Part shown: piece after piece, positions 35,714-45,625 of the stretch | How positions within the stretch are numbered: the stretch's first letter is position 1 | How the letters are laid out: every line of letters begins with the position of its first letter | Assembly (NCBI GenBank): GCA_001599295.1 | Contig: BCGN01000011.1 | Location: forward strand, 1 to 64,000 | Source: Sporopachydermia quercuum | Lineage: Eukaryota | Reading direction: 5' to 3' | Length of the DNA stretch: 64,000 bases | Notes under the pieces: model-generated | Database searches by the model: none | What the model saw: the letters and a program-made list of their open reading frames with translations, nothing else | Told to the model about the DNA's origin: nothing | Position numbers and translations under genes: made by a program

Positions 35714-38700
35714 TCATATGTCTATTATAAATGCAATGGGTATCAGGACAGCAATTGTTGGTATTGTAAGTAAAACTAATCTCTCAATGATCAAACGACC
35801 ATTCGATTTCAGTTTTGCATTCAAATGACTCGCTGATGAAACCAGTCGGGGTGATGGAGAAGCTCTTTGAAAATGATTTGAATTTGAAGGAGACACTTGA
35901 CGACTTGGTTTTGAAACAGTAGGTATTTGTAAGTCTCCCAATCCCATTTGGTCTACTATCGAGCGGAATAAATCACCTATGCCATCGCCAAATCCTATCT
36001 CATCATGTTTGATTTCTGTGTATGTAGGTAATGTAGGTAACGGATCGAGGGAACTACACGGATCATCATTTTCTTCGTCATCATCGCATTCAGTGGTTTC
36101 AGTCTCATCACACTCGATAGTTTCTGGTTCATCACACTCAGATTCAATGGTATCAAACCCATCATCNCATTCAGTGGTTTCAGCCTCATCACACTCAATA
36201 GTTTCTGGTTCAGCATCATCACACTCGATAGTTTCTGGTTCATCACACTCAGATTCAATGGTATCTAACTCATCACCACATTCAGTAGTTTCATATTTAG
36301 CGATATCATCGCAGTCGCCGGTCGTTAGCCAAGTATTTAAGCAATTAGTAAGGGTATCTAAATGCAGGGCATAATCATAACAATCATCAGCGGTATCATC
36401 AATAAAATCATCACGATCACTTGTATATATATCTTCAACTTTTTCATTCCATTCATTTGTGTGAAAATTATTTTCATAAGCAGTATCATCATAGTCACAG
36501 TCTTCTATATTATTGTTAAGATCCTTCCCTGGGTATACGTTTCCAATATCGTCTACTTCACGATCTTGTTCAATATCCTCTTCCCAAGCCTTTTCTTCAC
36601 ACTCTTCTTCTTCTTCCTCTGCATGGTTTACATCATCTGATTCATCTTCACAATCAGTCGCTTGAGGAAAATCTGAAATAATATATGTTGTTGTACCAGT
36701 GGGTAAGTCTATTTGACCATTAGCTTTCAAACTATGGACGATTGATTTCAATAATTCAGNGTTTGCAAGTAAGTTTGACACAAAAGAGGATTTATCTACA
36801 TACGGACGATTCTTTGGACCAATTAACTTTGCTATTCTTGATGCAAATTTCTTAGAATTTTTTTTCTTCTCAGTATAGGTTACTGTTACAAATTCCGTGT
36901 CAGTGTTCTTATCAAAATTGTTAATATCATTTTCATCTTCACAATCATTTTCAGAATCCTTGTCATCATAGTACCTGTCATTATCTGTATCAGTCTCACA
37001 ATGTTTTCCATAGCCACCACAGTCGTAACTGTATTCGTCTTCACAAATCTCAATATCCTCGCCATTGCCATCGTCATTTTCGTGGTCATCTTCATATTCT
37101 TCATCAGTGTCTTGATGCTTTTTAGGACCTTTTTTCACTTTTAGTTTATTTTTAAGATTTTCCATTTTCAGTTTCTTGGATTCAAACCAATCAGATAATC
37201 CGAATCCTCTTTTATCTAATTCAGCAACAGCAATATCATAATGGTCCTCGATATTTTGATTACTATCACTGACATCACTGTTATCAGCGTCACTATCTAT
37301 AAGATCATCAACCATATTGTAGTCATTTTCTGTTTCTTGATCCGATACACTAGAATTAGTTATCATGCTAGTTGATTCAGGCCTAATATGGAATGTTGGA
37401 TCAGGGTTGGATAAAGAGGGTATGCCATCAGCTGTCAAATTCCATGGCAATATTTTACCTTCGTTTGAGACGTTTTCTTCCAATTGATGCTTTTCCATAA
37501 TAACTTTATTCGTAGTTGTATTAGTGTAATAAACAAATAATTCAGTAGAAGAGTATCCTACATCTTCTGAATTGGGCATGGGGTTGACACTTTTTGAACG
37601 ATGCTTAGTTGATTGATTCGTTGAGAGTAGTATATCGTCAAAACTAGGACTAACAGTGACATTTGCTGCTCTCTTAGTTGAAAAATCGACATGTACACCG
37701 GAAAAGTCAAGTATTAGTAGACGCCTCAATCTTTTAATAAGAAAGTCTTGATAGGAATCATCATAATAATTCTTATTAATAGATGGATCAATTTGGGTAC
37801 TATCAGGATAATCTGATTTCTGTATGTCTGATGTTGAATGCAGTCTAAGTCTAGTTGGATCATCAAGATTTGACAAAGCTGATTCAGGAAATGAAGAAGA
37901 AGAAGAAGAGGAAGATATGTTACAACTAGATTTATTATCGAGAGAATAAGAGAGAGAGGCTGAAAAATAAGACGTTGAAGGGTCAGTGTCCCCAAATCCA
38001 TCGGTATCTGAGTAAAATGGCAGAGACTGTATCTCATAGTTTGATTCCGAATGAGAACTCATACCCATTTTATTAGTATCAGTGTCATCCTCTTTATATG
38101 AAAGAACTTTTGTTACCTGTTTTGATACTGGAGTGTAAGAAGAATGAGAAATCAACCCTTCAATTAGTTTTTCAGTATGCACTTGGATTTCGGTAATTAC
38201 TTTAGTTGTTAACGATGTAGAGACAAAAAAATATGTCGAGTTCTTGTATATTGTACTGTAGAGCTCTCTCATATTCGTGTCGATGTCAGTCTCAGTCTCA
38301 GTCTCGGTTTCAGTTTCAGTCACAGTTCTTGTTTTCAACTTGAACTTTGTTTTGAAACCTGCTTGATACGTCGTTTGATAGTCAATATAATACTCGGTAT
38401 TAGTTTCAATCTCTGTTTCTGTTTCTGTTTCTGTTTGAGTCTGAAAGTCAGTTTTGGTTTCATATTTGAATTCAGTCTTAGTCTCCGTCTTCGTTTCTAC
38501 TTCAGTTTTGGTTTCAGTTTCAGTTTCAGTTTCTACCTCCGTTTCAGTTTCTATTTCTATTTCTATTTCTATTTCTGTTTCTGTTTCTGTTTCCACATGT
38601 GTTGAATCTTCAATGGCGGTCTCTATTTCATACTCAGTCTCTGTAATAGTTTCAGTCTCCATTTCCGTTTCCGTCACAATTACAAGCTCAAGGTCAGTAT

Positions 38701-40593
38701 CGCAATTGGTTTCAGCCTCAGTCACCGTTTCAATCTTTGTTTTAAGAACCAGCTCAGTTTCTGTAACATAGATTGTTTCGTTTTTGATTTCTGTAACAGT
38801 TTCTGTTGACAAAGTGTAGCTACCAGCATGGGTGTGCTTAGAGTCATTACTTCCGTCATTATCATCGTTATCATCGTTATCATTGTCACAATTATAATCT
38901 TGTTCATCATCTTGTTCATCATCTTGTTCATCATCTTGTTCATCATCTTGTTCATCATCTTGTTCATCATCTTGTTCATCATCTTGTTCGTCATCTTGTT
39001 CGTCATCTTGTTCATCATCTTGTTCGTCATCATCATCATCATCATCAATAGTTGGTACCATATCTGCACTACTACTGATCGCAGTTGGAATAATTATAGT
39101 TAATTCTTGATGACAATCATTTACAGCTTTAAAGCAATTATAATTGTCCTCTTCAGAAAAGTTTCCATTATGAGTACTTGTATATTCACTGACTGATGTT
39201 TCAATGGTTCTGCTCCAAGAATTGGCATCGTTATCTTGAGTTTCATTTTGATCTCTACTTTCATCTTTTTCCCCGTCTACATTGTCACAGTCCCATTCAT
39301 CATTCTCTTCATCTATATCCCCATCGTTTTCATTATCACTACCATTATCATTATCATCGTCATCTTCTTCAATAGGCTCGCAATCATCAGCACCATTTTC
39401 AGGTAGTTCAGTTGGTGTAGAAGTAGTCTTAATAGTGCTTTCTTTGTCACTGATAATACTAATAGTACTATTTTCTTCACCAACTTTTTCAGTTGCAATG
39501 ATGATGTTCTCAATGGTAGTAGTAGTTATAGTCAAACACTCAGCTACTCTATTCCAGTGCTTGGTTCCGTTCATTACACTTTGGCTTTCTTTATTGTTGC
39601 ATTCACAGGCAAAATCATCATCACTTTTGTCACATTTACATTCGTCCTCTGGAAACTTACGTATGAAATCATCTAACCCATCATCATCATCCTCAGTAAA
39701 ATAAATATCACTTTCTCTCTCTTGGTCATCGCTCCTCAAGGCCTCCCAGTTATAGAATTCTAACACTTTTTCAACATCTGTCTCATCGATTCCATATAAC
39801 CAGTTAAAATCGTCATCTTCATAGTTATCATCGTCATCCGCATCATCATCGTATTCTCTACCATATACATTTCCCCCAACATTCTGTGCATAAGCCATAG
39901 GTAACCATCTGTTTAGAATTTCATCCGAGTAAAGAGAATTATCTTCACTGGGTTTCATATAAACACTTTTCCACAATTCACTCAATGCATAGTACAACGC
40001 CTATTTGATCAATAGACATTTGTTAGAAATTAACAATTGATTCAAGGAAAAACACCGAACAAACAATAATAATAAGGATTCAAATAAACCATTAATTTAG
40101 CGAAAACAAGGAGAAATGAAGGTAAGTTCATACAGAATCTCTGATCCAAGTCAAGCAAGCTCTGGAGGTTCTTGTTTTATACCTCCAACAATTTTCTGTT
40201 TGGCAACCATCGAATAGAAGATCATACATTAATACACACTCTTCGAATAGTGAACCCTAGAATTTCATACTCATGTTAGAAGACATCACGTCTTAAAATT
40301 CTATTGGAGGTGTATGTACATCATAATGACATGATGTATCAGCATTCTTATAGTATTCATACATATATATTATCATAGTTATAAATCAATGCATTTGCCG
40401 GAAGATTGGAGCAGCTCTGAAAATTCTTAAACTCTTCAGCAGTTCTAGTGATACCCAGGGATCTTGCAAGATTGAACTCGACTGAGTCAAGTTCAGATTC
40501 TTTGCCATTTATGAGACTTTTTATAAGTTGTGTCGATGATACAAGCATACAAAGCGTCAACTTCAATATACATATGGATGCGATTTTGAGCAT
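35714..40593 (-). CDS. Giant secreted/surface, extremely acidic repetitive protein; three exons (40593-40363, 40256-40134, 40000-35714), about 1546 aa
   Basis: Exon 1 (the 78-aa track ORF) supplies a signal peptide, and two phase-0 introns link it in frame to the 1427-aa ORF. The body has DEQD, TE and Cys-acidic repeats, and the C-terminus is hydrophobic (LVLLTIPTIAVLIPIAFIIDI). Confidence 0.8.
38898..39046 (-). repeat. Coding 12-bp minisatellite (about 11 copies, DEQD) plus a poly-Asp run
   Basis: Plus strand (TCTTGTTCATCA)n with minor variants, followed by (CAT)n. Confidence 0.95.
40001..40133 (-). other. Intron 2 of the giant acidic gene (133 nt, phase 0)
   Basis: On the minus strand, GTATGA at 40133, branch TTCTAAC at 40028-40022 and 3' TAG ending at 40001. 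The junction reads ...WIRDS|ALYYALSEL... Confidence 0.78.
40257..40362 (-). other. Intron 1 of the giant acidic gene (106 nt, phase 0)
   Basis: On the minus strand, GTATGA at 40362, branch TTCTAAC at 40281-40275 and 3' CTAG ending at 40257. Confidence 0.75.
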
Positions 40594-41657
40594 AGTTGAA
40601 ATATGACTTGTTGGTGATAGGAAAGTAAGTATTAGCTTCTTTGCAATACTGTGTCATATGAGAATAATGTTAACATGAAAAGTAGGTGTAACTTATCAGT
40701 CTCATTCGCTTGCATCAGATACCGCTGTGAAAAAGCCGTAGAGTAGCAAAGCAGCCCATGTATGTTTGCATGAACTCAGCACCAGGCATAGTACAATAGT
40801 ATGAGTCAAAAAAACAAACAAAAAAAAGGATATGAAGAAGGAGAGAAGGAGCAATGGGCAAATAGGGGGAATAGGTGACACAAGCAGAAAAAAAATGTGA
40901 ACACAAAATTGATAATTTGATTATTGTGAAGAGAGTTGTAGGCGGTTATTATCATTCATAGTCGTATCCATATAAGACATAAAGTTTAAACCCAAATCCC
41001 AAATAGGGAGCGAAACATTATACCAACGAAGTTTAAATAGGACCCAGAATAGGGATAATGAATACCTCATGTATTCTTCTCTTCTTTTTGCTTAGTGCTC
41101 GTTTCCTTTTCCTTTATTATTGAGCGTCGTTTCCCACTATCAATAAATTGATTACCATTATACTAAATTAATTGTAATGTAGTTCTAATAATAAAATTAA
41201 TAAACTCTCTGGTAGTAGCAACTTTATCAACTGTGGTGTCATTTGAGGTCTCAATATAAATGATTCATGAATACATTGTAGAAAGATCAGGACATCAACG
41301 TGCGTGTGATTTGGAACATTTGGAGCAATCATTGCAATTTATCCAGCTTTTTCTTCTCAATCTAAAAGAGGTGGAAAATTGTCATGATTCAATGATTGAT
41401 CAAAAAACTGCTGAAGAAAGATTCTCCAACTTTGAATACTAGAGATATTAGATATTCTCTCTTTGATGGCAGCCTGTACCTGCAAAAACAATACAGCTCC
41501 CATATCACTATGTAAAAGATTAAAACTCATATTTCACATCAACTTGAATACAGATATTATTCTCTCGATTACCGACAGATTATGATCATGTAGTTATGTA
41601 TAAATCAACCAGTTAGCTCCAGTTTCAGCTTCATAAATTACTTTAATAGACGCTCAA

Positions 41658-43799
41658 CTATAGATCGTATTGACTGTTAGTAGTACGGCCAGCACTATCG
41701 ACTATATTATGAGCACTGTGCTGTATAGAACCATTTTTATTCATTTTCTTTCTTGCTTTCTTTGACTCTAACTCGTGCCATTCACCTTGGACCCCTTGCA
41801 AAAAATCCAATGGTTCTATTTCTGCTTTTTTGAAATACTCATGCTGCAATGCTCCTTTACAAGTCAATCTTTGCCTAGGATTCAATTTAATTAGCAAACA
41901 AGCCAAGTCATATACTTCTTCTGGTAAAATTGTTTTATACCGTTCTTCAAATTTACTCTCTAAATCGGTAACAGGTTGCACCAAGTCATACCATGGTAAC
42001 AGAGCTGCTTCGGGCCAGTCATTCACCTCTGGACTTCCCATAATTTCAAATATCACATTGATTTGTTCAATCTCATTCTGGGCATGGAAGATTGGCTTTC
42101 TAGTGAACAATTCTACAAAAAGGCACCCAATGCCCCAATCATCAACTTCTACCCCATAACGAGTTTCTCCTAAAAGAAGTTCTGGAGGTCTGTACCACAG
42201 TGTAATAACACGATTAGTGTATTCCGGCTCTGTTCCGGAGTTAGTATATGGCCTCATTCTCCTCGCCAGACCAAAATCTGTGATTTTCACTTTCCCATCA
42301 TGACTGATTAATATGTTTGACGATTTTATATCTCTATGTAAGATTTGATGATCGTGAATAAAGCTCATACCTTCAAACAGCTGTTTGGAGATATTTGCTC
42401 TATGTGAAGGTTTCAATTTGATATTCGGATGAGAGAGAATCCCTGCTAGGTCGTGATCACAGTAATCAAGAACCATGAAAGTGGCACCTCCTTCAATCAT
42501 CATTTCCAGTAGAGAGACAATATTAGGATGGCTTAATGATTGTAAGAGAGATACTTCTCTTAATGCGGTTATTGGGAAACCATCACGTTCATAATCCAGT
42601 CGCAACTTCTTTAAAGCAACCAGTTCATCAGTTTTCACATTCCGAGCTTTATAAACTTTTCCGTAGGTGCCCTCACCAACTTGTACGACTCTTTGATAAA
42701 CAGAGGACTGTCTTGATTCTATCAGTATTGATGTAAATTCTGGTAGTGCCCGATTTACTATAGGCTTTTCAGAAGATGGATGTGTCGGTGGCGCTTTAGA
42801 CGAGGAAACATTAGGAGAATTAGAAATAGATACATTAGAAGGTCCATCGCTAGCGGTACCCGATAGAAGACTGGAAACAGAAAGATTACTCTTTTTATTT
42901 CCAGCATGAGGCTTCTCATTACTCGGGCATCTATTGGTATTACCACCATTTTGCTTCTTATTGGGCTTGAAGGAAATTTTTATTTTCGATCTTTGGTCAG
43001 CAGAAACGGAATTTCCTCTGCTGGAGTCTTTTGACCATGTGCCATTGGAGGTATTCTGAATTGAAGAGTCATTAAACACAAGTTGTTTATCCTTTTGAGT
43101 AGAAGATGAGGTACTATTATCAAAACGTCTTCTCTTACTGCTTCCTGTCTCGTTTCCTACACCAAAATCGGACCTTCCTCTATTCCTTTCCCTATCTCTT
43201 TCACCATCTCGCTCCTTATATTTATCCCTTTCACGTTCCCTCTCTTTCTCTCTCTCTCTCTCTCTTTCCCTATCCCTATCCTTATCTCTATCTCTCTGAC
43301 GATCACGGTCACGATCCCTGTAATCTCTGTCCCAATCTTCTAGCCTATCATATGCTGCCTTGCCCTGACCACTAAGCAAAGCAGGCCTTCTTTCAAAATC
43401 TTTAACCCGATCTCTTCCACGAGCTCTCAAACTGTAATCGCTGGACTTTCTATGACTATTTTCACTATTTCTATGCCTCTCTTTTCGGAATTTGTTTCTT
43501 GCTCTGCCACTGATTGGTTCTTCATAGTGACTATTATGATCACGAACATAGCCTCTCTCGTAGTCCCCATCTTCCTCTCGTTCATATCCCGCTGATCCAT
43601 CTTTCGGCTCGACCCTTTCCTGGCCACGATCACTTTCTCTTTCCCAGTATTTTGATGTCTCACGATCACTTTCTCTCTTTCTCTCTACATCATCTTTTTC
43701 TCTATCTCTATCTCTATCCCGATCCTTCTCTCTGTCTCTTTCTCGATCTCTACGATCTTTATCCCATCCTTGCCGTGATTGCCTGCTTTTTGGTCCCAT
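41658..43799 (-). CDS. CTK1: RNA Pol II CTD kinase Ctk1/Lsk1 (CDK12-like) with an RD/RE-dipeptide N-terminus
   Basis: Kinase motifs GEGTYGKVYKA, 'ERDGFPITALRE', HRDIKSSN, DFGLAR and 'YTNRVITLWYRPPELLLG'. The kinase sits at the C-terminus after a long charged N-terminus, which favours Ctk1 over Bur1. First ATG is at 43799 (MGPK). Confidence 0.85.
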   Translation of the reverse strand: MGPKSRQSRQGWDKDRRDRERDREKDRDRDRDREKDDVERKRESDRETSKYWERESDRGQERVEPKDGSAGYEREEDGDYERGYVRDHNSHYEEPISGRARNKFRKERHRNSENSHRKSSDYSLRARGRDRVKDFERRPALLSGQGKAAYDRLEDWDRDYRDRDRDRQRDRDKDRDREREREREKERERERDKYKERDGERDRERNRGRSDFGVGNETGSSKRRRFDNSTSSSTQKDKQLVFNDSSIQNTSNGTWSKDSSRGNSVSADQRSKIKISFKPNKKQNGGNTNRCPSNEKPHAGNKKSNLSVSSLLSGTASDGPSNVSISNSPNVSSSKAPPTHPSSEKPIVNRALPEFTSILIESRQSSVYQRVVQVGEGTYGKVYKARNVKTDELVALKKLRLDYERDGFPITALREVSLLQSLSHPNIVSLLEMMIEGGATFMVLDYCDHDLAGILSHPNIKLKPSHRANISKQLFEGMSFIHDHQILHRDIKSSNILISHDGKVKITDFGLARRMRPYTNSGTEPEYTNRVITLWYRPPELLLGETRYGVEVDDWGIGCLFVELFTRKPIFHAQNEIEQINVIFEIMGSPEVNDWPEAALLPWYDLVQPVTDLESKFEERYKTILPEEVYDLACLLIKLNPRQRLTCKGALQHEYFKKAEIEPLDFLQGVQGEWHELESKKARKKMNKNGSIQHSAHNIVDSAGRTTNSQYDL

Positions 43800-45625
43800 T
43801 TCATAATACAATACTTTTTGATTAGTGTACAATTAATACAGAACGGTACCAATTTGTTGTGTAATATTGCAAGATTCAAGTATGATTTGATTNTGAGATG
43901 AGAGTTTGGATTCTGTTTAGAGGGAAGCTCGATTACTTTGTTTCACTTCAATATTTTCGTTGTTGTTAATGCATATCACATCACATGGCTTGTGCGATTG
44001 ATTATTTAGTGATGCGGTAATCAAATAAATAACATGAAAATTAAATGATTTGGTAATCATATAATTTAAATTCTGGTTTGTAGTTTACTTTTCTTCATTT
44101 TCCTTAGTATAACTTAAATTCCGACACAACCCTCGATTAGATTTCGCTCAGTTGCTAGTCACTCGAGGGGCTGAGCAGAAGAATGACGTGTCAGATGCTT
44201 ATATGCAGATTATATGAAGGTAAACGCAACAAGGATTTGATTATTCACTTTGAAACAAAACATATCATAAAACCGATAAAAATACATAAAATTCAACCCT
44301 TGTATCAGTACGTACTGGTTATCCACTTCTCGTTCCTGGAATTTTACAAACAATATAGGTTTTATCATGAAATCAATGATATCATTCAATGTTGAAGGGG
44401 TACTTGACTTTTGATAATAAGCTCGATCGTTCAAGCTTGAAGAATATACGTAATATCCAATTGGGAATTAGAATTAGAATCTTACTTAAACTTAAGATAT
44501 TGAATACACGCTAAACTTTATGGGCAATGGAATTACCACTGATTGATCTCTGATATCAAAACAGCGAGGTGCCAGATGAAGTGTCACAAGTGACGATTCT
44601 ATTATGCACGAGAGACAGAGGAGGAAGAAGAGATCTCCCAAACTCGAAACAGTAACAATCATGCAGTAATTACAGATAGAACTGATGGAATCGATAGTAG
44701 AGTTTAAATCTCAAGATCATCTGGAGCTATTGTTCTTTGTATGCGTTACATCATCATGTAGATGATATAGTTGAACTTGATTCAATGAGACGAGACACAA
44801 AAGAAGGGACTGAAATTATTTTATCATTTATTTTACGGCTCATCTATTCTGAACGATCGTTTGTCAGTCATCTTTGCTGACTGCAGTGAGTCAATCCAGT
44901 GATTTATTGTTAACTTAACATGTTCCTCTTCTACCTTTAATTATACTTTGTTTTCGAGAAGCAATTTTCTCTGTTGATAAAATTGCTTGAAAAGCCATAT
45001 GTTGATAGTAGTGGAAATAATTTGTTCTCTTTTGAAATGTTTTTTTTTTATTACAATCTGACCAGGACTTAATTGATTTTAAGAGAGAAAATATCAGCTG
45101 ATAGAAATGATAAATAAGAAGTGAAGCTTCAGGGATTTAGATTTACATTTTATATCATAGTAGACTAGAAAACATTTTACGAAGTCACATCTTTTGAAAG
45201 TAATTAACATAATTGTCTTTGGTACAAGGATATATGTTTGTTTGGTAGGACTGAATGAAAACAATCAGGTACAAGTGAATATTAACATGATAACAAAACA
45301 GTAGAAGGATGGAACACTCGAAATAAATGAATGCATTTGCATACGTTGGCTTAGTCAAATTACTAAGCAACGAGAGTTCAACCTTTAGAAATCATCAAGG
45401 ACAAAAGTAGTTAAGATATTNTAGATTAAAGTGGGAGGAACAGAATACTGGTAAGCACCCTAACCAACTGTCTAATTAATTACTTCCAAAGTTACTAAGA
45501 AACTGTTGACTTCATTTCTAACAAATAACTCTTACTTTCTACAGTTCATACAAACATATGACTATAACTGAACCAATAAACCAATCATTAAACTTTCATT
45601 AAATACTCTCTCTGCATATCATCTT

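Noticed and set aside
38898..39046. Regular repeat array as a CRISPR-like locus
   Set aside because: It is a head-to-tail 12-bp coding tandem repeat with no spacers, in a eukaryotic gene.
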